From positions 64,001-128,000 of the forward strand of contig CAVZIW010000004.1 of NCBI GenBank assembly GCA_963775465.1: DNA of 64,000 bases, in the 5' to 3' direction. Shown piece after piece: positions 20,123 through 30,882 of the stretch (the first letter of the stretch is position 1; the number at the start of each line of letters is the position of its first letter). Source of the stretch: Candidatus Bathyarchaeota archaeon. GTDB lineage: Archaea; Thermoproteota; Bathyarchaeia; Bathyarchaeales; Bathycorpusculaceae. Position numbers and translations under genes: made by a program. The notes beneath the pieces were generated by a model. It had not been told where the DNA came from. It saw only the letters and a list, made by a program, of their open reading frames with translations, and did no database searches.

Positions 20123-20626
20123 ATGCCGACAAAACAACGCCGATACCTACTTAGGACAAAAGAAGCAAAGCAAATCATCGAAAACGCAATAAAAACCTTA
20201 AAAATCGATTTCGAAGTGGCATTTGACCCCAAAACAACAATGGAAATTGTCGAATCAGATGTAGGCGAAATCTACCTAATCTCAGGAAAACCCACTTTGT
20301 TTAAAGCTGCTGAAAAAGTTATGCCCACCCTGCTCTTTTCTGAATTTTCCCTTAAAGCTCCTAAAATAGTAGTCGATATGGGTGCCATTCCATATGTCTG
20401 CAAAGGCGCCACCGTTATGGCACCAGGAATCGTACGGATTGAGGGTAACTTCAAAAAAGAAGACATTACAGTAATTGTGGACATGAAGCACGGAAAAACT
20501 TTAGCTATTGGCGAAGCCCTTATGGACTCAGAAACCGCAAGGCAAACCAAAAAAGGACCCATCGCCAAGAACCTACATTATGTCGGCGACAAAGTCTGGG
20601 ACTACATCAAAACCTTAAGCGAATAG
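20123..20626 (+). CDS. PUA-domain RNA-binding protein (DUF1947 / MCT-1-like)
   Basis: VVDMGAIPYVCKGATVMAPGIV, HYVGDKVW. Confidence 0.92.
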   Translation: MPTKQRRYLLRTKEAKQIIENAIKTLKIDFEVAFDPKTTMEIVESDVGEIYLISGKPTLFKAAEKVMPTLLFSEFSLKAPKIVVDMGAIPYVCKGATVMAPGIVRIEGNFKKEDITVIVDMKHGKTLAIGEALMDSETARQTKKGPIAKNLHYVGDKVWDYIKTLSE

Positions 20627-20822
20627 ACAACCAAAGCCCTACCTATTTAAATAAAGACTAACAGGCGCAAATTCCTCGCAGGGAACATCCACAGAAGATG
20701 CTGCTGATGCTGCAACACGATTTTGAATTTCAACTGTTGCATCTTTCAAAGGTAAACCCAAAGCATACAACTTATCATAAGCAGAAACACAAGTTTTCTC
20801 AAACAAAAAGTGCTCTTCTTAT

Positions 20823-21785
20823 TCAGTCCGTGTCTGATTCCTTTCTAAGCTGAATCGACGGAAACCCCGTAATCGTGACGGTTGAAGAGGCGATTTGTAT
20901 GTTTTCAGATTTCTCAATTTCCAAGAGTATAATTCTACTAAGTCGGTCATGAAGAGCTCGACGGGTTCTCACTTCAGTTACATAACGAATACCAAAGGTT
21001 ATCCAGTTGTCTGTGAGCGTTATGAAAATTGTTGGTTCAAGAGACCTCTTCGTAAAATAGTATTTGCCCTCAAGTTTCTCCATTATCCTTTGGGAGTTTT
21101 CTCCGACTTGCGCGGTTTCTTTTTTAACAATTTCAAGAATCACATTAGCCGCATGATTCCAGTCACTATCATAAGTTATAGGCAAAGTAATTTCGTCCCA
21201 GATGAAATCAAAGTCACGAGTATAGTTTTGCAAAGCACCAGTCAACACGCCCCCATTTGGAATAATAGTTAATCTGCCAGTGTTCTGATCCCCTGAAACC
21301 CACTCCCGCATCTCCATCAACGTCGTATAAAAAACCCCCACATCGATTACATCACCGAACTTCTGGTTAAGCTCAATTCGGTCCCCAACACGGTAGAGCC
21401 CATTCAAAAAAATCATCAACCCACCAATGAAATTCTTAAATATATCTTGAATTGCAAAAGCAACTGCCGCTCCAATTAACCCAAAAGCAAGCAAGATATT
21501 TTGAGTTTCCACAATCCAAATGCCAACAAAAACAGCTAAAAATACACCCGCACCTAAGACAGAAAACACTTTCCGCAGAGAATACCTTGTCTTTGAGTCC
21601 TTGATTCTTTTGGCTAAAATCTCTTCAAAAAAGATCCAAAACAAAAAGTAAACAATGGATAGAGCCGAAAAGCTGTAGGCAGTGTTCTGCAGGTAAACTT
21701 CAGGGTACTGGAAGTTGAGAAACAAAAGTAAAACGCTGAGCAAAACAAAGAAAACCAAAACTCCAAGCCTAGAACGTTTAACCAA
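20823..21785 (-). CDS. mscS: Small-conductance mechanosensitive channel
   Basis: AFAIQDIFKNFIGG, YRVGDRIE, GDVIDVG, IPNG. Confidence 0.9.
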   Translation of the reverse strand: MVKRSRLGVLVFFVLLSVLLLFLNFQYPEVYLQNTAYSFSALSIVYFLFWIFFEEILAKRIKDSKTRYSLRKVFSVLGAGVFLAVFVGIWIVETQNILLAFGLIGAAVAFAIQDIFKNFIGGLMIFLNGLYRVGDRIELNQKFGDVIDVGVFYTTLMEMREWVSGDQNTGRLTIIPNGGVLTGALQNYTRDFDFIWDEITLPITYDSDWNHAANVILEIVKKETAQVGENSQRIMEKLEGKYYFTKRSLEPTIFITLTDNWITFGIRYVTEVRTRRALHDRLSRIILLEIEKSENIQIASSTVTITGFPSIQLRKESDTD

Positions 21786-21866
21786 CCAATCCCCAACTAT
21801 TATTCAAAGACAGTAGACATTAATAACTAATTCCACACAAACCACAACAACCAAAAAACAACTGTT

Positions 21867-22370
21867 CTATCTCAATTGGGAGGCAATCAATTTGCCAAAT
21901 TCAATACACCTAGACAATTCACCATCAATTACAGGACCCGAAACCCCTTTTACATGAACTGACAACGACGTCTCCAACAACATCACATCGGGCAATTTTT
22001 CCTTGACCATACACACCATTTTCTTAACTGACCGATCCAAAAGTCGCTCTTTTCCCGCATAAGTACCAAAAACCGCCACCTTCTTACCTTTCAAACCAAG
22101 CAAACCAAGCTTATTGATAAATTTCTTCATCGTTTGACTGGGCCTTCCCATATGATTTGGCGCACCCAAAAAAATCACGTCATAATTTACTGCACACTGA
22201 ACATTAACAGAATTAACATATCCAAAATCAACATCTACACCCTCATTGCGCAAACCCTCCGCAACCTTCTCCGCCGCTAACTTTGTGTTACCATACTTTG
22301 AATCATAAAAAATAAACGCTTTAACCAAAAACACGACCCCAAGTATACTGTGACTTACAGAGCGATCCAA
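21867..22370 (-). CDS. Flavodoxin-family protein (start uncertain, probably internal)
   Basis: YDSKYGNTK, GAPNHMG, AVFGTY. Confidence 0.85.
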   Translation of the reverse strand: MDRSVSHSILGVVFLVKAFIFYDSKYGNTKLAAEKVAEGLRNEGVDVDFGYVNSVNVQCAVNYDVIFLGAPNHMGRPSQTMKKFINKLGLLGLKGKKVAVFGTYAGKERLLDRSVKKMVCMVKEKLPDVMLLETSLSVHVKGVSGPVIDGELSRCIEFGKLIASQLR

Positions 22371-22501
22371 ATAAAACTTGACCCTAACATATAAGGGATT
22401 TTCTAAATCACTCTAAAAAGGTATGAAAAAATAATTTCAACAAACATAGCCATCAAAAAATTAGAAAGATTGAAACCCTATCTAAACTATAATTGCTCAT
22501 T

Positions 22502-24209
<1,708 letters not shown>

Positions 24210-24390
24210 TTCAGACCTAACTGAGCAATTAATCAGGTCCACATATCATATTTTTGTCCCCGCAACTGGAGGCCAACTCCATCATCCCTGTAAGGCGTAA
24301 TCGCCGTTTCGGTACGGGTTGAGCCGCCGCCATGTGAAAATTGCGGGGCTAGCAATTATAGCTGAATTCTAACAGAAGTTCACTCTGCAA

Positions 24391-24397
24391 ATATAAA
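24391..24397 (-). promoter_or_regulatory. Probable TATA box of the 16S transcription unit
   Basis: TTTATAT on the minus strand just upstream of the GC-rich leader. Confidence 0.45.
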
Positions 24398-24737
24398 CAT
24401 TCCGTTTGCATTGACTTAAACATCGTAACAAACGCTAAATCTCGCCAAATCCAATTTTTCATCAACTAACTTTGGATTTGAGATTGTTGTGTTGCATTTT
24501 AAATCTTTTTAGCGGTTCTTTTGCAGAAAAAATTTTTGGGGATTGAACTAAAGGTTGATCAGGCATAGTTTTGCACACGTTACTAATTTGCCAATCAAAT
24601 CTTTGAGTGTAGCCAGCGCGTATAGGTTTCTTTGTTTTGTATTTAGCCATCAACTTTTATCGAAAACGAACCTTTTTTGAGAACTAAATATAATAAATAC
24701 TTAAAAAGTAACTCACATGAACTTGTAAGCGCTTAGA

Positions 24738-24923
24738 ATACCTGTTTTTGAATGTAAAGTTTGCGGTCGTAGAGTGCGATTGGAGTTTGAAGTTTCTCGT
24801 ACGGGAGATGCTAAAGTAACGTTGAGAAAGCACGTTGGTGCTGCGGTGAAGAAATGCTTGAATCAATCGACTATTGACACTATGCTAGCCAATTACAAAT
24901 CCAATCGCATAAATAGGAAATAG
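24738..24923 (+). CDS. Putative zinc-ribbon small protein lacking a canonical start codon (ATA start or pseudogene)
   Basis: Open frame IPVFECKVCGRRVRLEFEVSRTGDAKVTLRKHVGAAVKKCLNQSTIDTMLANYKSNRINRK. Confidence 0.35.
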   Translation: MPVFECKVCGRRVRLEFEVSRTGDAKVTLRKHVGAAVKKCLNQSTIDTMLANYKSNRINRK

Positions 24924-25054
24924 TCTGAGGTGTTTTGCTATAAAACGTTCAGGATTTTGTTTGCTTGAGTTCCGATACCGACTATTTGAAACAAGTCATT
25001 TAAAATATCCTTGGCATAAAAAGAGCAGAAAGGAATTAGTCCATTTTAAAAAAG

Positions 25055-25390
25055 TTAGAGTTTAAGCCAGAGCAAAATACCCATTATTAAACCGTAAATC
25101 GCTAAAGCCTCTGCCAAAGCTACTATGAGAAAAGCTCTAAAGAATGTCTCAGGCCTCTCTGCAAGGGCGCTAACAGTAGCGCTCCCAACAGCGGAAATAG
25201 CATAACTTGCACCCAAAGCTGACAAGCCAACGGCTAAACCAGCAGCAATTGCTATACCAATTTTGTCATATACTCCCCCAGTAGCAGTTTGGGCTTGAAC
25301 TGTTGTTACAGTATAAGCTGCAGCAATCCCAATTATTGGCAGAAGTACTAATGGTAAAATAAGGAAAAGGATGAGTATTCTTGGTTTCAA
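25055..25390 (-). CDS. atpK: A-type ATP synthase proteolipid subunit K (c)
   Basis: GLAVGLSALGA..., AERPE, ALAEALAIYG with conserved Glu. Confidence 0.95.
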   Translation of the reverse strand: MKPRILILFLILPLVLLPIIGIAAAYTVTTVQAQTATGGVYDKIGIAIAAGLAVGLSALGASYAISAVGSATVSALAERPETFFRAFLIVALAEALAIYGLIMGILLWLKL

Positions 25391-25440
25391 ATTATTTCGC
25401 CTACTAATTAGTCAACACATTCTAAGTATTAACTTTTGTC

Positions 25441-25620
25441 TTACTCTTCGAAGCGACATTTTTCCGATGGGGATTGATTTATATTTTCTCCTGTTTTTTC
25501 AGCTTCTTTTCTTACTTTTTCGACTTTTTCTTTTATTTTTTGTATTTCTTCTTTTGCCTTATTTTCGATGGATTTGTTGTATTCTACGTAGTCCTTTTCC
25601 AGTTTTTTCTTAATTGACAT
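25441..25620 (-). CDS. Small charged coiled-coil protein (59 aa, not in ORF track) inside ATP synthase cluster
   Basis: Manual translation MSIKKKLEKDYVEYNKSIENKAKEEIQKIKEKVEKVRKEAEKTGENINQSPSEKCRFEE; AGGA upstream; 12 nt after USP stop. Confidence 0.6.
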   Translation of the reverse strand: MSIKKKLEKDYVEYNKSIENKAKEEIQKIKEKVEKVRKEAEKTGENINQSPSEKCRFEE

Positions 25621-25632
25621 TTTCGTTCCTGC

Positions 25633-26076
25633 CTATTTCACGACTAAAACTGGACAAGTTGCGTATTCAATTACACGTTGAGTAACACTGCCAATGAGAA
25701 TCCTTTCGGCACCTCGACGCCCCAAGGTACCCATCACTATCATATCCATGTTTAATTCGTTTACTAATTGCAGAATTTTTTCAAATGGTGTTCCTTTTGC
25801 AACCAAAGAAGTAGCTTTTATCCCAGCTTGCTCTGCTATACCAAGAACATAATTGATGTAGCGTTCACCGTTTTGTTTTAATTCACGTTCAACGTCTTCC
25901 TGTTTGGTTGTTTTCTCAAGGTGATCTAGAACCAACATATCGATTACATAGACAAACGTAACGTGAGCACCCAACATCTTAGCCATACTGATTCCTAACT
26001 CTGCGGCTCGTATGCTATGATTTGAGCCGTCGGTTGGAATCAAAATATTTTTTAATTTCTCAAATTCTAAACTCAA
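25633..26076 (-). CDS. Universal stress protein (ATP-binding type)
   Basis: ILIPTDGS, GTLGRRGAERILIGSV (G-2X-G-9X-GS), CPVLVVK. Confidence 0.93.
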   Translation of the reverse strand: MSLEFEKLKNILIPTDGSNHSIRAAELGISMAKMLGAHVTFVYVIDMLVLDHLEKTTKQEDVERELKQNGERYINYVLGIAEQAGIKATSLVAKGTPFEKILQLVNELNMDMIVMGTLGRRGAERILIGSVTQRVIEYATCPVLVVK

Positions 26077-26708
26077 CTTTGACCATGCTCCTTAATCATG
26101 TGTTTAATTCTTTTAGTTCTGACAAATTCTTCTCTTTCTTTCTCTTCCAATACTTGCTCAATACGTTTAACCGTGTTACGGTACTTTGGAATGAGAACGT
26201 AATTTAAAGCGTTTACACGCCGCTGAGTTTTATGGACATCGTTGGCAATTTGGAAAACTGTTCCTTCGGCTCTCGCTAATTCAGCTATGAAATCAAGCAC
26301 TTTATAAAATTGATTAAATGCCATGTCCAATTCTGCACTGGTGTTGGCAAATCCATAATCAGGCTTAGCGTCGATTTCTCTGTGAAACTCTATAATCGGA
26401 ACCGTTACCCCCATTATACTGCGATAGTCCATCAGGAAGTCAGCTTTGAAACTTGAACCTAAGGCCACGTTTTCTACAGTCTCTGAGCCCTTAGCTAATT
26501 GAGCCTTCATCAAATTGCTGTAGGCAATCGAAAGTGCTCCAACTAGTTCTTCTCTGGCTTTTTGCGCCTCAAAAATGCTGGTTCTTAGCTCACGAAGTAA
26601 TATATCACGTTTTCGCTCCAAGATATCTCGTCCGGAGTCAGCAAGGCTTAAGGTTCGTTTTGTTTGGATAAGGTTGATTCTTGTTGCGCTAACGTTTTCT
26701 AGCGACAT
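26073..26708 (-). CDS. atpD: A/V-type ATP synthase subunit D
   Basis: TRINL, LERKRD.L, KTQRRVNAL, LEEKEREEF. Confidence 0.95.
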   Translation of the reverse strand: MSLENVSATRINLIQTKRTLSLADSGRDILERKRDILLRELRTSIFEAQKAREELVGALSIAYSNLMKAQLAKGSETVENVALGSSFKADFLMDYRSIMGVTVPIIEFHREIDAKPDYGFANTSAELDMAFNQFYKVLDFIAELARAEGTVFQIANDVHKTQRRVNALNYVLIPKYRNTVKRIEQVLEEKEREEFVRTKRIKHMIKEHGQS

Positions 26709-28103
26709 TTAAGTTACCTCATTTTTGGTTCTCGGAGAGAACTGCTTTATGAATTCAGCGTGGATTCCTGTTAGTTCCATCTCTGATAGAGCAGCTAAGG
26801 TGTCCCAAGCGATAGAAAGTGTTTGTTCAATACTTCGGTTTTCAGTTTTTCCTTGGTTAATCAAGTTGTGTTCAAATCGCTCGCCAAAACGCAAGTACTC
26901 TTTATCTCTGCTTCCCAAACCTTCTTCTCCGATGATTGTTACTAGAGACTTGACTGCGTTGTATTGAGAGTAGGCCGAGTAAAGTTGGCTTGCAACATCT
27001 GCATGATCTTCTCTAGTTCTTCCTTTCCCTATTCCATCCTTCATTAGGCGCGAGAGACTTGTGGTTATGTAAATTGGAGGATAGATGCCTTGTTTTTCTA
27101 AAGATCGTGAAAGAACTATTTGTCCTTCAGTAATGTAACCTGTTAAGTCTGGGATAGGGTGGGTTATGTCATCATTGGGCATTGTAAGAATCGGCATTTG
27201 CGTAATTGAGCCTTTTTTTCCTTCAATTCGCCCAGCCCTTTCATAGAGACTTGCTAGGTCACTGTACATATATCCCGGATAGCCCTTTCGGCTTGGAACC
27301 TCCTCCATAGAAGCGCTGACTTCACGCAGCGCCTCACAGTAGTTAGTCATATCAGTCAACAATACGAGAACATGTGAATCTTGCTCGTAAGCCAAGTATT
27401 CTGCCAACGTCAAACCAGCTCGAGGAGTGATAATGCGTTCCACAGGCGGGTCTTCTGCCAAATTGAGAAACATAGCTACATTCTTTATAGCGCCTGTTTC
27501 TTCGAAGCTGTTTCGGAAAAAAGCTGCGTCATCGTGTTCCAACCCCATTGCGATGAAAACTATATAAAATTCTTCGCCTCCGCCCCGAATCTTAGCTTGT
27601 CTCACAATTTGAGCAGCTAGCTCGTTGTGAGACAAACCAGGTCCGCTGAAAACTGGAAGCTTCTGGCCACGCACAAGGCTAGTTAGCCCATCAATTGCTG
27701 AGATTCCTGTTTGAATGAAGTCTCGTGGGTATTCTCTTGCAATGGGGTTTAGAGGATAACCGTTTACATTCCTTCTCTCTTCAGTGAAATAGCGAGGATG
27801 CCCATCGATGGGTTCTCCAAAACTGTTCATTACTCGCCCCAGCATTTCTGTGGAAACCGGCACTTCCAAGGGTCTGCCAAGAAAGCGGGTACGGGTCTGT
27901 GAAGGTGACAAACCTGTGGTTCCTTCAAAAACCTGAATTGTTACAGCCTTCTGATTTACCTCTATGACCCTACCGAGCCTCGTTTCGCCTGTTTGCACTT
28001 TAACAGAAACAAGTTCATTGAAACCAACGCTGTGAACGTTTTCGACAACAATTATAGGACCAGAAATTGAAGCAAGCCCTTTGTATTCTAAGTCGCCCGA
28101 CAT
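26709..28103 (-). CDS. atpB: A/V-type ATP synthase subunit B
   Basis: [61 protein letters not shown]. Confidence 0.98.
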   Translation of the reverse strand: MSGDLEYKGLASISGPIIVVENVHSVGFNELVSVKVQTGETRLGRVIEVNQKAVTIQVFEGTTGLSPSQTRTRFLGRPLEVPVSTEMLGRVMNSFGEPIDGHPRYFTEERRNVNGYPLNPIAREYPRDFIQTGISAIDGLTSLVRGQKLPVFSGPGLSHNELAAQIVRQAKIRGGGEEFYIVFIAMGLEHDDAAFFRNSFEETGAIKNVAMFLNLAEDPPVERIITPRAGLTLAEYLAYEQDSHVLVLLTDMTNYCEALREVSASMEEVPSRKGYPGYMYSDLASLYERAGRIEGKKGSITQMPILTMPNDDITHPIPDLTGYITEGQIVLSRSLEKQGIYPPIYITTSLSRLMKDGIGKGRTREDHADVASQLYSAYSQYNAVKSLVTIIGEEGLGSRDKEYLRFGERFEHNLINQGKTENRSIEQTLSIAWDTLAALSEMELTGIHAEFIKQFSPRTKNEVT

Positions 28104-28107
28104 AATC

Positions 28108-29877
28108 TTACCTCAAGCTTGCCTCCAACTCTTCGAAACGTTGACGCATTCTAACCGCCAAATTATCCAAATCATCTACTTTTTCGTTGGGTATTGTTAT
28201 TTTCATGCGTAAAATTTCCTGCAATATCGGCAACTGAGTAACCTTGAATACAGGTGCGCCTTTACCCACTATTCGTTCCGCCAACTTGTGGAATTCCATA
28301 ATTATCTTCAGCATTTTAAACTGTTTTTGAGGAGAACAATAAGTATCAACTGCGTCCAGAGCGTTCTGTTGCAGGAAAGCGATACGAAGGACCCGAGCTG
28401 TCTCTAAAATCAAACGCTGACGGTCAGGCAAAGCTTCAGGACCAACCAGTTTAACGATATTTTTCAGCTCATCCTCGGATTGGAGTGTTCGCATCGCTTC
28501 TTCGCGGTAACTATTCCATTCCTTATCAACTTTCTTGTTCCACCAACCAGCAAGTTCTGTGATATACCCGCTATAGCTTTGCATCCAATTTATCGCTGGA
28601 TAGTGACGTGCATCCGCCAATTCAGGATCTAAAGCCCAAAAGACACGTGTGAACCTTTTTGTGTGCTGAGTTACAGGTTCTGAAAAATCGCCTCCTGGAG
28701 GAGAAACGGCACCAATTGCGCTAATTGAACCATTCCGCTTTTCGGTTCCCATTGTTTCCATTACACCTGTACGTTCGTAAAATTCTGCTAGCCTCGAAGG
28801 CAAATAGCTTGGGAACCCCTCTTCGGCGGGCATTTCTTCTAAACGTCCTGAAACTTCCCTAAGAGCTTCTGCCCATCGGCTAGTTGAATCTGCCATCAAA
28901 GCCACAGCATAACCCATATCACGGTAGTATTCAGCAATTGTTATACCCGTGTAAATGCTGGCTTCTCGGGCGGAAACCGGCATGTTGCTCGTATTAGCTA
29001 TTAATATTGTTCGTTCCATAAGCGGGTGACCGGAGGTTGGGTCGATTAATTTGGGAAAACTCGTAAGTACATCGACCATTTCATTTCCGCGTTCTCCGCA
29101 ACCTACATAGATTATTAGGTTTGCATCTGACCATTTAGCAAGCTGTTGTTGAGTGATTGTTTTTCCTGTGCCAAAGCCTCCTGGAATAGAGGCACTTCCA
29201 CCTTTAGCAATTGGAAAGAATGTGTCAATAACGCGTTGCCCTGTGATTAGCGGAACTGATGTAGGGAGACGACGGGTATAAGGACGGGGTTTTCTAACAG
29301 GCCACTTTTGCAGCATAGTTAGTTCTGTCTTGGCTTCGTTTGTTTGTATTGTGGCGATTGTCTCCGTAATTGTGTACTCACCTTCTGAGGTTAATTGAAC
29401 GAGTTTCCCACTAGCATTTGGCGGAATGGTGATTTTGTGTTCTACTAGGTCAGTTTCGTTAACTGTTCCTAGAACGTCACCGCTAGTAAGTTGTGTTCCG
29501 ACTTTAGCTTTCGGCGTAAATTGCCATTTCATATCCCGAGAAAGTGGTTTTAGTTGGCCCGTGCGCTTGATAAACGGACCAGTCTCCAATTTCAAAACTT
29601 CCAAAGGTCGTTGTATACCGTCAAAGACATTCCCCACTAGACCAGGAGCCAGCTCAACCGAAAGAGGACTACCTGTCCCCAAAACAATTTCCCCAAGTTT
29701 CAGCCCAGATGTGTCTTGATAAACTTGTATTGTAGCAGTGCCTCGTTCCAGACGGATAATTTCTCCTATTAAACCCACACTACCTACTTCGACGAGTTCG
29801 TGCATCACTGATTGGTCCATGCCTTTGGCTTCAACAACTGGACCTGCAACGCGAATTACACTTCCCTCAGCTGTCAT
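28108..29877 (-). CDS. atpA: A/V-type ATP synthase subunit A (no intein)
   Basis: [53 protein letters not shown]. Confidence 0.98.
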   Translation of the reverse strand: MTAEGSVIRVAGPVVEAKGMDQSVMHELVEVGSVGLIGEIIRLERGTATIQVYQDTSGLKLGEIVLGTGSPLSVELAPGLVGNVFDGIQRPLEVLKLETGPFIKRTGQLKPLSRDMKWQFTPKAKVGTQLTSGDVLGTVNETDLVEHKITIPPNASGKLVQLTSEGEYTITETIATIQTNEAKTELTMLQKWPVRKPRPYTRRLPTSVPLITGQRVIDTFFPIAKGGSASIPGGFGTGKTITQQQLAKWSDANLIIYVGCGERGNEMVDVLTSFPKLIDPTSGHPLMERTILIANTSNMPVSAREASIYTGITIAEYYRDMGYAVALMADSTSRWAEALREVSGRLEEMPAEEGFPSYLPSRLAEFYERTGVMETMGTEKRNGSISAIGAVSPPGGDFSEPVTQHTKRFTRVFWALDPELADARHYPAINWMQSYSGYITELAGWWNKKVDKEWNSYREEAMRTLQSEDELKNIVKLVGPEALPDRQRLILETARVLRIAFLQQNALDAVDTYCSPQKQFKMLKIIMEFHKLAERIVGKGAPVFKVTQLPILQEILRMKITIPNEKVDDLDNLAVRMRQRFEELEASLR

Positions 29878-30501
29878 TTATTGCTCTTCCTCCACGAACA
29901 ATAGGTTTGCTATTTCGCTGCGAAGTGCAATTTTCAACTCAGCTAATCGATTGTCTAGTGTACCATCGTACGTTATGCTGCCATCGGCGGTTTGAGTTTT
30001 ATATCCGCCAATATAATTCGGGGTCTGATCAAGGAGAGTCAGGTTGATAGCCAATTTCTGAGACAAGTTCTTGAGGTTCCCGTTGGCGAGCCATTTTTTG
30101 TCTTTATAATTTACTTGAATTGTGAGGTTTTTGGATCCTATTTTTGAGGCTGCTTTTTTGATTTGTTCTGTCAAAAAGGTATAATACTCATCTGTTTCTG
30201 TAAAAGCTTTGAGTTTTTCTATGGCTATCTGGAAAGCTTGGTCAACTAGCTTTTCTTTAGTTTGAAGAAGAATATTTCTAACTTCAACGTCGGTCAACGA
30301 ATTAATTTTTTTTCTTTCAGCTTCAGCTTCAACTTGTGACTTATTAACTATTGACAAATAATTATGGTCCGCTTGCTCTCTTGAAATTTTCAGAGTTTTT
30401 TTTGCTTCGTTTTCAGCAGCAAAAATCAAAGCTTCTGCTTCTTTCTGAATGTCTCCTAACACTTCAACTGCAATAGCTACTAGACCATCTTTAACATTCA
30501 T
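29878..30501 (-). CDS. atpE: A/V-type ATP synthase subunit E
   Basis: N-terminal coiled coil, IGG...DG.I.YD.TLD.RL, operon position. Confidence 0.88.
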   Translation of the reverse strand: MNVKDGLVAIAVEVLGDIQKEAEALIFAAENEAKKTLKISREQADHNYLSIVNKSQVEAEAERKKINSLTDVEVRNILLQTKEKLVDQAFQIAIEKLKAFTETDEYYTFLTEQIKKAASKIGSKNLTIQVNYKDKKWLANGNLKNLSQKLAINLTLLDQTPNYIGGYKTQTADGSITYDGTLDNRLAELKIALRSEIANLLFVEEEQ

Positions 30502-30514
30502 GAATGTCTTCTAC

Positions 30515-30823
30515 CTACATCCTGACGCCTAAGGATTTGCTGACTAAATCAGCCAAATTCACTTCGCTCATTTTTCCACTGCTTGCTGGAACTTCCACGA
30601 TCAGGGGGCTAGTACGCGAACGCCTAACGTCGTTAATAATTCCATGAATTTGCTGATCAAGCGAGAATTCTTCACTTATTATGATAATAGCTAAGTCGTT
30701 GCGGGTTAAGGCTTCTTCTAAAGATTCTTTAGCGTTGGTTACCGAAATTGCTTCGGCGCTTTCAATACCAACGAGCCTAAAACCAGTAGCCATGTTGTTA
30801 TCGCCTATGACCAAACCCAGCAT
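30515..30823 (-). CDS. atpF: A/V-type ATP synthase subunit F
   Basis: VIGD....TGFRLVGI, PLIVEVP, V.KSLGV. Confidence 0.92.
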   Translation of the reverse strand: MLGLVIGDNNMATGFRLVGIESAEAISVTNAKESLEEALTRNDLAIIIISEEFSLDQQIHGIINDVRRSRTSPLIVEVPASSGKMSEVNLADLVSKSLGVRM

Positions 30824-30882
30824 ACAGCTATCCTCAATGAAAGTTTAATTCTTAGGTTAATTTATATTTTTGTTAGAGAAGC

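Noticed and set aside
20639-20806. 55-codon minus-strand frame downstream of mscS
   Set aside because: TTG start without SD and no recognisable motif; not supportable
24462-24866. Two short minus-strand ORFs (63 and 60 aa)
   Set aside because: No motifs; the second is antisense to the more protein-like zinc-ribbon frame
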